DNA from: Lingula anatina
Lineage: Eukaryota; Animalia; Brachiopoda
Direction of reading: 5' to 3'
Assembly: GCA_051362555.1 (NCBI GenBank)
Contig: CM120640.1
Coordinates: forward strand, 9,672,001-9,736,000
DNA: 64,000 nt
Below are positions 11,501 through 24,794 of this stretch, in pieces. The position numbers and the translations under genes were made by a program. The number at the start of each line of letters is the position of its first letter. Within the stretch, counting starts at the first letter, position 1. The notes under the pieces were generated by a model that saw only the letters and a list, made by a program, of their open reading frames with translations, was not told where the DNA came from and made no database searches.

Positions 11501-11596
11501 AGTTTTAAGCTCAGAGGAAATGTTTCATGATTCATCAACATCTAGTTATGCATATATAATTCACCACCTGAAATTTTGAAGTATAACATTCTGAAT

Positions 11597-11757
11597 CAGG
11601 GGAGGACAGAGGTCTTCTTCTGGAAAACGGTCAGAATTTTTCAAGTTTACATTGATGGGCATCTAATTTTTTCTGTCAGAAGACGGTTAAAAATGGAGGG
11701 TGGATCAACAAAGATAATTTGAAGGACTGCCAGAAAATATCTCTGGATCTGCCCCTG
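11597..11757. mobile_element. ~160-bp MITE (CAGGGGCGGATCCAG-type ends) just past the ITPA stop
   Basis: CAGGGG...GGATCTGCCCCTG; similar along its length to 12115-12271. Confidence 0.7.
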
Positions 11758-11772
11758 TTAGCTACATAATCA

Positions 11773-13020
11773 TCAAGTAGAATTGGTTTGACCTGCAAAA
11801 TAGTCTTTCAAAGACCTAAGGGCCCTCCCTCTGTGTGATATAGAATTCTTCTGATCTTTGCTCATCTCTGCATATGTCTGTTCAAAACCATCAGGTAGGA
11901 AGCAAGGGTCCCAGCCAAAGTCATTTGGTCCACGTGGCTCTACTATCCTACCCTCAGTTTTACCTTGAAATAACATTACTTTTTCATTGGGGTTTCCTGT
12001 TGAATAGGCAAATGTACATAATGCATATGCTGTTTTGTCTTCAAAACCATTAAGAAGCTTGAATAGACCTGAAATAAGAACCAGGCAAATTAAAGGCAAA
12101 AGGTTGGTCGTGTTCAGGGGCAGATTTAGGCTGTCTTCCGGAAGACGGTCAGATTTTCAAGTTTACATTGACAGGTATTTAATTTTTCTGTCAAAAGACG
12201 GTCAAAAATGAGGATGGATCAACAAAGATAATTTGGAAGACTGACAGAAAATAGCTCTGGATCCGCCCCTGGTGTTAATTCTTATAAGAAATAAAAAAAT
12301 AACTGAAAAATGAAAAATTATTGATGTTTAAATTATCTCCTTTTTTATTCCAGAATTTTCTGAGTAAACTACCGTAAGTGCTTGAAAAGCACCCTTTCGT
12401 TTGATCACAATTGATTAATGAACTTGCTGAAGATTAACCACATCTCCTCTGGCAAATGCCAATGCATTTTTGTTGTGACCAATATTGTGATACTGTGAGA
12501 TCCAACACCAAAAATACAGCTTATTTAAAAGAAGTATAAATTTCTTACAGCTAAAATCTAAGACTACATGTGCTTTCTGTGCCCAATTGGGCAATGCTGC
12601 AAGGGTCAAAACCATATTGTGACACCCGGTTAAAATTATATAGTATATAAACACACCTGCAGGACCCAATTTCTTCAAGAACCACTTGATGTATGGACCA
12701 GGTAGACCACCCAGTGCATTAAAACACAAGCAAGTGTCCTCGATCATGACAGGCCCCTTGACATGTTCCACTGCCGTCTTGCATTTAGCGATGGTGACAT
12801 CATCTGGTTCTCCTTGATATTCTGGTAAATCTATGTCACAGGTGACAAACTACAATAAGGAATGTAGAAAAATAACTTGAGACTAAGGCTGGATCATGAG
12901 AATTATAATTTAATTATTGTAGTAATTGGTAATGTTAATTATATTCTAATAAAATACAATTATCGAATGGAAATTTACGAAGATGAAGAAAATGAGCATA
13001 AATCAGTATTATATCGATTT

Positions 13021-13071
<51 letters not shown>

Positions 13072-13314
13072 TAAAATAACAGTTCAAAAACCATTAAAAG
13101 TGATAAAAACAATTCAGTGCCCCGGCCCAGGTTACAGGTATGAAATCAGGTGTGTCATGAAAACTTGCTCTCAACTCTTTGTCAGTTTTTGTATATTTTC
13201 TGTACCAAGAGATCAGCCCCTTATTACCTTCTGTGAAAACGAGGGACCCAGTATATGTACCACTTCTTCCAATTTCTTGACATTGCCGGTCACGAAGGTA
13301 ATTGCCCTGGACAT
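11773..13314 (-). CDS. ITPA: Inosine triphosphate pyrophosphatase, 3 exons (13314-13228, 12849-12657, 12068-11773), 191 aa
   Basis: [66 protein letters not shown]. Splice phases are consistent (87+193+296=576 nt). Confidence 0.97.
12115..12271. mobile_element. MITE, same family as 11597-11757, in ITPA intron 2
   Basis: CAGGGGCAGATTTAG...CTGGATCCGCCCCTG with 5-bp TSD GTGTT on both sides. Confidence 0.75.
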
Positions 13315-13567
13315 GTTTTACTGCAAAAGGAGCACAACACCGCGCGCGAAAGATTCTGACCTACTTTTTAATTGGGTCAGTAGCGCAGTTTCGCACAAAT
13401 TCTTTTAACAAGTAAACAAATCAAATCACTCTTTAAAATCAAGAAAAATAATTTATACTACCAGAAAGTTAAGTATTAACCACTCCACTAATTTTATTTC
13501 ATATAAATAAGAAAATATTTTCCGTGTTTCATTTCTTTCTAACTTCGTATGCCCATATTTAGCTGCA
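13315..13567. promoter_or_regulatory. Bidirectional promoter shared by ITPA and SMYD5
   Basis: Divergent start codons only 253 bp apart; E2F-like TTTCGCGC on the minus strand near 13344-13351. Confidence 0.75.
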
Positions 13568-16500
13568 ATGGAGCACGTGGAAATTCGTGTTGACAAACTC
13601 AAGGTATTCTCAGTGGTTAACGATAGCTTATAATAATTGAAATGTTTATATCAGGGGAGTATGGATCTTTCTTTAAATTAAAGTAAATTAGCACCGAACA
13701 CGAGCGTGTTTTCCAGCCTTCTGCTGAAGATAAGTCGGTCTCTAAAAGTTGCACAGTTGTACCAGCTGAGCTAGTGACCGCTAGCTGCTGCTATTTTTAT
13801 GATTGTTGCTTTATTTTCATTGATACAGCATATATTTTAAATGCTTGTTTATACCACAAAAAGTCAATTATGTATTACAGGGGCGGAGCCTGTTTGCAGT
13901 AAAGGACTTTAAGAAAGGAGATATCCTTTTTGAAGAAACACCCCTTGTATGTTCCCAGTTTGAATGGAATGCATTATATAAGTACCTAGCTTGTGACCAT
14001 TGCATGAAGTCCCTGGAGAATGCCGAAGACATGAGCAGGAGACTTGCTGCCAACCCATTACTGGTGCTACCATTTCCTCAGTGCTGCAAAGTAAAGAAAG
14101 AGGAACATACAGTTTGTCCTCATTGTAAGGTAACATTTTAGTTTATATTAAAGGACAGAAATTTCCATATTTGGAAGAATGGAAATTTGAAAATAAAAGA
14201 AACTTTTTTGAATGAAGTCATATATTTGCACTTCTGTAACTTTATATCTAATACTTATCCAAATGATACCAGTGTGTGCATTTAAGTCAGAAACTCTAGC
14301 AGATTAATTTTATGATGTGGGAAATGGGCATAAGGTTAAAAAAATACCTTGCTTTTCAGATATCAAATAGTAGCTTCTGAAGGGAGGATGGCTCTACTCC
14401 ACATTGCCCTCCCCCATGCCCCCTATCAAAACAAAAACCTGAATTGGCCATTGCAAGCATGATTAATTATAATTATTGCCTGGTTATTATCAGTATGTTG
14501 AATTGCTATCATTTGGTGGATTTCTAGGTGCTGTACTGTAGTGATGGCTGTAGAGATTCAGCCTGGCATCTCTACCATAGAGTGCTTTGTCAAGGAGCTT
14601 CAGTTGCTGATCCTAATCATCCTACAGAAAAACTAAAAGATGCTTGGAGGTAATAATATTTTAATTGTCAATGAAAATATCATAAAATGAAAAAAAAAAG
14701 GAATTGTTGTTTGTGTTCAGATTAAATCTTGAGTGACAATTCTTTTTTTTTCTTATTCAGTGCATTTACAAGTTATAGTAGTATCTTGAAAGTCAAAAAC
14801 ATTGAAACCACACCCTTCTTTTCTGTAACATAAGCTTCAACTGAATGTGATGTACACAGATACACAGCAGTTCTGAATCCTAGGGCATTAGAGTATCAAT
14901 TGTGATTGCATAATGAGTACATGGTGTACTTGACCGCTGAGTAATTTATTTACTTATATACAAAATACATAAGCAACACAGAATATTTGTTTCACCACCA
15001 AATGCATGTCGATTTGAGGTAGAGGATTATGTTTCTCCCCATTTTCCCATGCAGTCAAGGATTTGAATGTATAGTACAAAGACTTGTTTATTTAGGAATA
15101 TGCACTACCCTCCAGAAACATCAAGTATTATGTTAATTGCAAGGATGATAGCATTAGTGAAACAGGTAAAGTTTTAAATGCAAAACATTTATTTTTAGAT
15201 TAAATTTTAAAAGGCATGCAAATAGTTACAAACAATTTTTTGTCATTTGATAAATTAAATGTCATTTTGAAAAAGAATGAGGTCTCAGCTCCTGAACTTT
15301 TTCTTTATATGTACATCCTTAAATGGATGCTATTGAAGTGTTTCTTTTTACATTCAGAGTGACAAAAAAGACCAAATTTTGTCCAAATTTGCTGAATTTT
15401 GCAAATCAACTGTGAATGAAGAAGAGCATATAGCACACAAACTTTTAGGGAAAGAATTCCAGGTAGGTGCATCAGAAGAAATTTATTTGTAATTACATAT
15501 ATGGAATGTAACATATATCTGTTTTTTTGTTTGTTTTTTTTTTAGTAAGACTGGTCATTAAGCTGCCTAGTAACGTATCTTTTTATACTGCACTTTTCTC
15601 AACCAGTGGTATGTTGTTCCAATTTCAGGAACAGTTGGAGATCCTTCGTTCCTTGGTTTGTGAAGCATTTTATGATGAACATGTGCAGCAGGTAGGTGAA
15701 ATTTCTGTTTTGCTTTCTCCATTCTTTTGGTTTACATTGCTTTTTCTTCCATTAGCTTTTTATTCTCATGTTCATATAACTTTGTAATTTTTGTTGCATT
15801 GACAGTCAAAAGCAAAGAACTTTATTATGCAGTTAGCCTCCTTGCCAATGCCAATTGTCCTTGATTCTTTGGCACCTGTTTTATATTATATTGGTGAAAT
15901 GATGGTCTGCATCCTTTAATATTCTTGCATCATTTGTCCTCTACACTGTACAGCTGTAGGGCCATATTGATGCCAGAAAGAATCAATGCTGGAAAAATGT
16001 TGGCGCAAAGACTCAAAGAGATGGTCCCAAAATTATGTGTAATAAATTTGCGAAAGGCAGCTTAAATGAATAGTTTATATTATTCCATTGTTTATATTAT
16101 TCCACTCTCCTTGTTGATCAACCTATTTGAACCCACTATTGGTGAAGCTTGGCCTAATATTTAGTGAAATGTATTTTCAGTGGTTCACGCCAGAGGGATT
16201 TAGATCATTGTTTGCTCTTATTGGTACAAATGGACAAGGTGTTGGTACAAGGTAAAATGTAGTACAGATTCATCAAAGTCACTTTTCGGCATTAATTTAT
16301 ATCTCTTTATTAAGTCATTGTTATCAGCATATATTTGCAAATTGCACAAGGCTATTGTTTGTAGTGGTATTGTCAGTAAAATAACACCAAAATGCAGAAA
16401 TTTGGGATAGGTGTCAATGCATCAAGTCCCTAATGCTGTCCTTTCAGTTCTCTGAGTGTATGGGTTCACAACTGTGATGCTCTGGAGCTGTCAGATGAAG

Positions 16501-17747
16501 AGAGACAGACTTTAGATGCCTTCATTGATCAGTTGTATGTTGATATAGAGAAAGGTGAGTATCAGTGTCATATTTACGGCAGGAGTTCTACCTATCTTTT
16601 TCATATTCACGAAAAGTATTTCAAAGTTGTTATTCAGAATTTTGATATGGCTAAACCTCTACTGTTTGGGTCTACTTATTATATAAAAAGAATGTGAGTT
16701 TAGTATTCTATGTAACATCTGTGTAGTTTTTTGTAGTTTTTGTGTAAGTAAGCATACTTCCTTATTTTCAGAGTCTGGTACATTTTTGAACTGTGAGGGA
16801 TCAGGTCTTTATACCTTCCAAAGTGCTTGTAAGTCTCGGTGTCTTCAGTATCTAAAGATTCTCTTCAGTAAAATAAAGTGGCAGAATTTTCATTTTATAT
16901 ATCCAAGTTCATTTGTGAGGGGAACACTTTATACATCTTAAGAGGTTGTTTCTTGGTGGCAGTTAGTGAAAAAAAGTTCATTAACAATATATTAGGTGTA
17001 AGCCAAAAATGTGTTTTTAGGTCAAAGAAGAAATATTTATGGTTTTTCTCCAATTCTCCATTAAATTGAAGAAAAGGTGATGATTTGTCTAAAGCAAGAC
17101 AAATGCCAGTATTGCTTTTGCTATTGATTTCAAATTGTTTTCTCTCTCAGGTAACCACAGTTGCCAACCTAATGCAGAGGTTACCTTCCCTCACAATAAC
17201 TTCACACTGCAGATGGTAGCAGTGCAGGATATCAAAGCAGGAGAAGAGATCTGCATTTCTTACCTAGATGAGTGTGACAGGGAAAGAAGTAGACATAGCA
17301 GACAAAAAGCTCTCAGGTTGGTCACGAAGAATGATGAACAAACATTTTTTTTAGTAGTCTTGTCTAGCAATTAAAATTTAAATGTGAATAAATCATATTT
17401 GATCACGCTTTTCACTTGTAGATAAAAGCTTATAGTGAAATTGTTGTTGAAAATAGAGTAAATCCGTGACAGGTGTTACCTTCTCCAGATTTTACATTTT
17501 TTGGAAGATATTATTGCTTCTTTTTACCCTTGAATAACATTTTTTATTTGACAAAATCTAAATCAAGATGTACTTCCTATCAATTTACTGCAATGAAGCT
17601 TGTAAGATTAAAAGTTTTATTTTTAGGGAGAACTATCTTTTTAACTGTAACTGTTCATTGTGCCAGTCTCAAATTGATGATCCTGATGTTACATCAGAGG
17701 AAGAGGAGGAGGAGGAGGATGAAGAACAGATGCAAGAAGATAGTTGA
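13568..17747 (+). CDS. SMYD5: SET and MYND domain lysine methyltransferase SMYD5, 11 exons (13568-13603, 13881-14129, 14528-14649, 15096-15165, 15358-15462, 15629-15691, 16181-16251, 16448-16554, 16772-16828, 17151-17316, 17627-17747)
   Basis: [96 protein letters not shown] and an acidic tail. Splice phases are consistent. Confidence 0.96.
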
Positions 17748-18619
17748 CACAGACGGGGAAGTTTAGTCCTGTATTTGGAGTAAATATATTTCAACTGTGG
17801 AAAACTCACCATAGCTGCATGTGCATCTATAAGTGAAAATTGTTCAGAATTATAATGAAATTGAATGAAGGCATGCTTAGAGTGATATTTATCATACAAA
17901 AAAAGAGCATGATAAAAGTGATAGAATTGGTAAACGGTACTATAAAATGAAATAGGGGTTAGACATTAGCAACATCAGTATATTACATAAAAGATACAGA
18001 TTGCAGAAAATAACACGGTTTAAAAATGTCAAGTCTGAGGTCATGAAAACCATTTGCTTTATGATATTTCTTTCAAAATGTAGGACTTGTTTACAAAGTT
18101 TGCAAATGAGTTGATGTTTTGCATGCTCTGCAATTGCAAACTACTTACTAGTAGGTATATGAATGAGCAAAGTGTTTTTCATTTGAAAGATAATGAATCT
18201 ATTATATTTAGTTTAAATATTTCACATATTTTTTTTTGCTACTTACCAATGCGCTTTGTGCCTTATTTCAGTGAGGATTTTTAAACCTTTTCTGAAAGAC
18301 TTAACTCCCCTTTATAAAAAAAATCAGTGCGGTGTCAAAAAGCTATGATATGCATTTTTATCTGTAAATTGCCAATTTGATTCAGTAGTGCATAGCTTTT
18401 GTTACTATCTCGGCTTGTATGGGCTCACTTACTACCACAGAATGTGAAGCATAGTAGCATTCAAGTCCTCAACTTCAGCATGTGTTTCCCCAATAGGTAA
18501 TCTTAAAGGCCTTGGGTATATTCATTTGGTCTTCTTTTATTTCTTGTCCCAGTGGTAATCCATTGCACCACTGTGTTCAAGCATTCTGCCAGTCCTCAGT
18601 GCTGTCTTCTCTCCCTGAT

Positions 18620-18735
18620 GGTCAGCCCATAGTTTTTGCAGATGTCCCTTGAAAGCCTTATTCAGGCTGACATTGAGTGGTTGAGCCTTTGAAGTACACC
18701 CTCGTGGACTGACTGCCAGGGTTGCATTAGTTTGC
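18620..18735 (-). pseudogene. pogo/Tigger DDE transposase fragment
   Basis: TLAVSPRGCTSKAQPLNVSLNKAFKGHLQKLW resembles the pogo motif VIPGGCTSxLQPLDVxVNKPFK. Confidence 0.7.
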
Positions 18736-19257
18736 CTGGCCTCAATTTATCTGGCTGATTCTTGAACATTGGATCATATCCTGGATAATCTTTTGGGATC
18801 AGGTCCTCTGTATTGCTGAATTGTATAAAGGTTTCAAATCTGTTAAAAGATCAGCAACTCCTTGTTGAATGTTTCTGTCAGTGTTTCAGTTTTAAGTGTT
18901 GCAGTGTGAGACCACTGCATGGGTTTACTAGCCAACTTTGTAATCAGACCACACGGGTTCGTATGGATCAAATTCCTCATGTGCCTCCCAGTTATATATG
19001 TCGGATAGGAAAACACATGATTGCATTCTCTAGTCCATTGTGCCACGAGAAAGTGGCGTTGGGTATATTATATACAAGTTCAGACAGATGAGAGTTACAT
19101 TTATCTGCCTGTCTGTTAAACCGTCTGTCTAATCAACCTATGTTTGACGTTTGTTGTTGCGGGTTCCAATGGATCTGTTGAACTTCTTGTAGGCTGTGCT
19201 GCTGTTTATGGGGGGCCTGCTGGATCTAGTGAGTGTTTTGAAGCCTATGCTTTTGTT

Positions 19258-19288
<31 letters not shown>

Positions 19289-19569
19289 GGGGTCCAGTGT
19301 TTTGTAGCCCTTGGTGCTTGTAGCAGATTTCCAAGTTAGACAACACACAGAATCGTCTATGGATTATAAAGCTCTTTATTCTTGATGATCTTTCAGAAAC
19401 ACTGAGAAACTGATACTAATGAAAACTAAAGAAAAAGAAAATAATACTGTTTACACAAAGTAAATACACAGAGAAATAAAACAATTTAAATGATACAACT
19501 ATATAAATTTTAAAAATAATGATACTAATACTAAAGGAGATTCACTGGCTTAACTTATACTCTTATCCA

Positions 19570-20010
19570 GCAGTCTCTTATCCAGCTGCCTCAGTCTTGC
19601 CATTGGCACTGTGATGACCTGGTGAAGTAATTTCATGCTGCACACAGTGGTCCAGCATCTATTACCACAATTCTTGGTATTCCAAAACGAGGAATCTGCT
19701 TCTTTAAACATGTTATAGTGCTCATGCTTGTGGTAGTGTGCAGATGACCGACTGCAATGAAATTTGAATAATGGTCAATGACCACAAGGATCTGTCATCC
19801 ATCAATCTCGAAGATATCACTAGATATTTTATCCCAGGGCGCATTTCCATCACTTTGTGATATCAATGTTTCTTTTTAATTGCCTGGTCAGAGTTCTTGA
19901 CATTGTGCACAGGTCTCAACAAGCTGTTTTATGTCACGTGACTAACGTGGGGTACTAACGAAGGTGCATGTCACATATCTCACCATAGTTTGCATTCTTT
20001 GGCCATGGAA
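19570..20010 (-). pseudogene. Ty3/Gypsy integrase fragment with stops
   Basis: DIKQLVETCAQCQE...PWDKISSDIFEIDG*QILVVIDHYSNFI...RFGIPRIVVIDAGP...SPGHHSANGKTEAA. Confidence 0.85.
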
Positions 20011-20759
20011 ATTAGTGCAACAAATTTCCTCCATCGATAACAAATTGTGTATCACTGGTAAGACCATGTCCAGCAACACAGAGGTGCAATCTTCAGGAGA
20101 CTGTGTATAAATTCTGCTTTGTCTCCTGTTCACATGCACAATGTGTGATCAAACAAAGGAGGACATGAGCACAGTTCATACTGAAAAAGTTCCACCAAAA
20201 GGAATTCAATTCACCTTCCCCCATTACAAGTAAACTTTAGGACAGGCACTATAGATCCATGTCAATTCTTTTACTAGAGGGAAGTTTTGCATATTTGGTT
20301 TTTGATGGCATCATTTAGATGCTGATGGGCATCTTGAATGAGCCTTTCTAAATTTAATTTCAGTGTGACAATTAAGAGGCTATTGCCACTCTGTCTCCAT
20401 AATAGATGTACAGCTGTCGCTGAAGAGATTTTTTGCAGTAACCTTTGTCACACCTGGAATCAATTTGCATAATCTCATTTTATCAAAGGTGACAGTCCCA
20501 TCATTATTTTCTAAATACTCAACAACTTTCATGAATAAAGATTGCTTATTCACATCTCTCTGACCAATGATGAAACCAATACAAAAAAAAAAAAAAAATA
20601 GTACATGCATTCACACTAAACATATTTTTATGTAGTTAACACAAAAATGATATGCATTATTATTTATTTATATTATTGTTAAAAAAGTAGATAAAAACTC
20701 TTTATGTAATGGTTTGAACCACCTTTTTAAAACTTTTAAACTGCATGCTGATGGACCCG

Positions 20760-22555
20760 CTTTCAATTGGAGTTTCAATGAACAATCTCTAGGCGATACC
20801 AATCACAATCGCGTTTCTGATTTCTTCCTCCTTGTTAGTAAAGTTACAGTTAGTAAAGTTAGTAAAATTCCACTAAATTTCTGTAGAAAGTTTCATCAGA
20901 TTCTCCAGGTAAGTGATGACGCTGGTGGAATTTTGCTCTCTCGTGTATTACATTCCTTCTTGGAATGAAATACTCATTGTTCTGACCGTTGACTATTGTC
21001 ATCAGACAGCATACCATACAACACAACACGTCTTGTTGAGATGTAATAGCGGTAAACTTTAATAAACAAAATGTAAGTACAAAGACAATAACAAAGTAAA
21101 CTTAACAAAACTATTTTGTCTAAAACTGAAGGCCAATTACAGTAACACAGTTGAAATGATATTAAGAATGCTCTATAAAACTAAACGGTAATAAAGGTAA
21201 GCAATTTAAAGAATGTTTTTTGTACTAAGCTTAAGTGCAATACCATTTCACAATACAACGTACATGTATCTGTTCTATATTTAAGAGCATTTACAGTACT
21301 AGTAAAACCAATGTAAATTCTTACAAAAAATGGTGTCACCGGCTTAAACGTGCAAAGCAGTACTGAAAACGTGCTACAGATTTGCAATGACTGAAAACAG
21401 GAACCTAAATAAGTTCGCTGACACGCTAAACTCTTAAACGATATCACTTGCACCCTGACGCTAATACAGTAAGTTTGCGCTAAGCTAAATAGCCGTTCTT
21501 CGATCGAATATGGCTTTTACAGAGGGTTTATACAATGAAATACACCAGGTGAATCGTAGTGACACATTGTGTAAGCGAAAACAAATACGAAATCACCCTC
21601 ACTAAATCAGCATCGTTACAAGATACTGAACGCTAACAAAGATCATCGCGGCAGCAATTTAAGGAATGTTTATAAACTAAATCGTATAACTAAATATTAA
21701 AACAACCTTGCTACTCTATAAACTCACTTTAACTTATCAACAAAATGAAAATGCTTACTTTAACTCCTATGGTTGAGATATGTCTTTACTGTAGAACTAG
21801 AACGGTGTGTATCTTCTGAGTATCGTGTGAGTGAATGAAGAACGTTCTAAGAGTAACTAAGTAATATCGGGGTTACTGGCCAATGAAGTCCGGCCGACAC
21901 CCCTCACGAGATTGAACACGCCACTACCCATTACACAATAATTTAACCCCAATACAGTGAGAGCGCTACGAGGCTAGCGAAGTGAAAGGGCTACAAATTC
22001 ACGAAGAGGGGTCTACAAAGCTATACGTAGTGTACTATGCATTCTCCTGCATTCTCCTAAAGCTATTAAATTAGTTTCAACACACTCATCGAACTTAGCA
22101 ATGGCAATGTCAACATTTTCTGACTCGGGCTTACCTTCTTCCGTGGCCTCTGCTGTAGACAGATTAAACGTTGAAAATATTTGCTCTGTGTCCCTCCCCA
22201 TGGTGTATATTAAAGCAGACACTTGTATACTGGCCTCAGAGTCCAGTTTGGTAGCTCTCCTATATCGCATGAATCATTGGCACCATTATGTCCACTCGTT
22301 TGGCACATTGAACTTAAAGGAAGATTTAATTTTGCCATTCCTCTCTTTCTCTCTTTCTCTTTTGCATCTCCTCTCTTTCTCTCTCTCTAGTACCTCTCCG
22401 TTTTTTCACAGCATTTCTGACACCATGTCATAGAATGGCATAAAAATAAAGACAAACATGCTGTACAAGCTGTTCATACACGTGACTTTATTCTACTTCT
22501 TCTAACTACATACAGATGGCGCTTTAGGCCAAGATGTAACCAATCATATATGACA
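20760..22555 (-). mobile_element. 5' portion of a Gypsy LTR element (LTR 22555-22426, PBS, decayed gag) interrupted by a solo LTR
   Basis: LTR TGTCATA...TATGACA; PBS TGGTGTCAGAA (22425-22415); gag QVSALIYTMG...KFDEY|FIPRRNVIHERAKFHQR...IRNAIVIGI. Confidence 0.85.
20978..22084. mobile_element. Solo LTR (1107 bp) inserted into the Gypsy gag; orientation undetermined
   Basis: TG...CA ends and 5-bp TSD CTCAT (20973-20977, 22085-22089). Removing it restores KFDEYFIPRRNV in frame. Confidence 0.8.
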
Positions 22556-22799
22556 CTGACACTCATTGAAGTCACTGGCCCTACTCTGGCACCATGGAGA
22601 TTACTCTCTGACACTCGAGAAAGTCACTGGCCCTAATCAGATACTATGGTGAAAGTCTAAAGGAAACAGTGTTAATAGGGGGGTTCCTGTCGACTTCATA
22701 AACAATTTTGGTATTCAGCTTTTATCTTGCTTGCCTTAAATAAGGGGGGCATGCCTTTGCAATTACTGCGCACTTTGCCACACGCACCAATATCCCTGG

Positions 22800-22950
22800 C
22801 TTGTTTGGGCCATATACATTTACCAGTAAAAATGTGTATTTGTTTCTATTAGGACTTTGAGAATAATGAAGTTTCTGCGGTTGTCATTTTTTTATTTGAG
22901 GACTTTAAATTCAAAATTATTATTAAACAGTATTGCTGTTCCTTTCAAGT
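22800..22950 (-). pseudogene. L1/Tx1 endonuclease fragment
   Basis: KGTAILFNNNFEFKV...NFIILKVLI (frameshift) FLLVNVYGPN. Confidence 0.75.
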
Positions 22951-23034
22951 CTGGACTGGACTGAACCTGGACCGGAAAAAGTTTTGTAGCCCAAGAGGGG
23001 ACGAATATTATTCACTGTAAACAAAGTGTGAAAG

Positions 23035-23170
23035 ATTAGGGCAGTCCAGATTTCTTAGCAACTGTATTCAACTTTCAAACTTGTAAATTGCTATGCCCTC
23101 ATGAACAATCCAGTAAACTGATTTCATGGCTGCTATAATTGCTCCATCTTTACCTAAATGTTTTAAGTAT
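23035..23170 (-). pseudogene. hAT (ZNF862-like) transposase fragment
   Basis: AAMKSVYWIVHEGIAIYKFES*IQLLRNLDC resembles the YWLAKEEIxxxKFxSL motif. Confidence 0.55.
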
Positions 23171-23229
23171 TACAGTTAAATATATATGTATGTATGTGTA
23201 GGTTGATGTTAACATTATTGTCAGATACA

Positions 23230-24050
23230 GTACTGTATTTCGATGCAGCACCAGGTTCTCTGGCTAACCCCCTTTTCATTGCCTGTGTTTGTATTTTTCT
23301 GGTAGATTGTAACTGTTCCATAAACTTTCTAACATCTTTTTTTTTCTCTCTCTCTCAACTATGGGGCCAACATTTGAAGCAGTGATCCTCCCTTTCTGAA
23401 GTTTGTGCCATAGAGGTGTCGTTCTTTGTGCCCTTGTTTGTACCTCAAACTTTATGATATCATCTTCGGCCAACATAAGCTCATGGATGAAAGAAGTCTG
23501 GGTTCTAGATAGACACAGAGACACTTCATTAAACATACATGAATTATTGCAGACTCTGACTGGGAGGTGAGGGAAACTAGTATCTGCAAAATTATTAATA
23601 ATATATTCAGATGATATTTGTCGTTGGTAGCTGATGGGGCTGCCACATCGAAACTCCATATTTAGTTGTGGTGAGTGGAGTGTCTTGAACTTGGCTGGTC
23701 ACGAAATCTAAAATCATGGAATTTGGATGAGCACATTCAACAGCATTAAACAGAAGGACTGGGGATGGCATTTGACATCTGATGGGGTTGTACAGTGTAG
23801 AATTTCTTGACTGAGGTGGCTTCTCAGTTGTTTATCTGATAATTCATGTAGCTTGAAACCTCAATGTCTTGAACAACCTTACCACCAATTTTTTCTCCTC
23901 TTGGTGTGCTCCATGAGCAGGGCAGTGATGTCCTTGCTACGTCCTAAGGGACCTGCCGTACTCCCAGGGCACTTCTGTTTTACATTGAATGCGTTAACGC
24001 CTGCATTTTCTGAGATTTTCGCCGCTTGTTTTTCGCTTGCCTCCATGGCT
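23230..24050 (-). pseudogene. YqaJ/lambda-exonuclease-like gene remnant (DNA-transposon cargo)
   Basis: EVQTRAQRTTPLWHKLQKGRITASNVGPI...MKRGLAREPGA matches TRxQxxxxxWxxxRxxRITAS...GxxxEPxA. Confidence 0.7.
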
Positions 24051-24179
24051 TATCCTATGTCAAGTGCGCGCGCCAATGTCAAATTCGTGTCAGTTAGTAA
24101 CTTCGTTCTCAGTTTTCTAGAGAAACAATTGTCAATGATTTGATCTTTTATAAATTCATCGATTTGATTAACCTCAAAA

Positions 24180-24794
24180 TTGCATTCTCTTGCTAGGGAG
24201 CACAGTCTTGTTACGAACTCAGTAAGTGTTTCCGAGCCGCTCTGTCTGGCCTGGCGAAAAATATGCTGATTGTAAGAAATGTTTCTTCTTGGTCTAAAAT
24301 AATTGTTGAGCAGATCAACTGCAACATCAAATGCATTTGCATTTTCCTCTTGTTCGTCATTGGGGTTTTCCAGCGTATCGAAGATTTCTTGAACTTCGAT
24401 GCCGGCACAGCTGTTTCTTTTGCTCTACATCTACGCAACCAGTGGCTACAGCGAAGATTTTGAAGCTTTTCAGCCACCTCTCCCATCTAGTAGCGATGTT
24501 ATTCTGATCACTGTGTGGATCAAACTTCTCAATCGATGGTAAATTTATCGTCCTCGACATAATCTTCAATTTTTTGTAGAATCTCGGCAATATTTCTGCT
24601 TCTTTGCACTTTTACTGTTTTCACCTCGTCGCCAATGTGATATTCTTGTTATCAAAATGAGAAGGCTAACGCAGTGGAGGTTTACTTACATACGCATTCA
24701 CTTTATTTCACTACACGTGGACACTTATAGTAAGCGTCTGGGTCACATGATATATGATTATAAATTTATGAGGATACTACATCATGTTATCACT
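24180..24794 (-). mobile_element. 5' portion of a second Gypsy element (LTR ~24794-24636, PBS, decayed gag)
   Basis: PBS TGGCGACGAGG at 24634-24624; gag RWERWLKSFKIFAVA...GIEVQEIFDTL...NYFRPRRNISYNQHIFRQ. Confidence 0.8.

Noticed and set aside
12983-13408. 141-aa plus-strand ORF with poly-Phe
   Set aside because: Antisense to ITPA exon 1 and built on a poly-T tract.
20380-20610. Possible Academ-like transposase fragment (KVVEYLENND)
   Set aside because: Too short and degenerate to assign; not counted in the strand tally.
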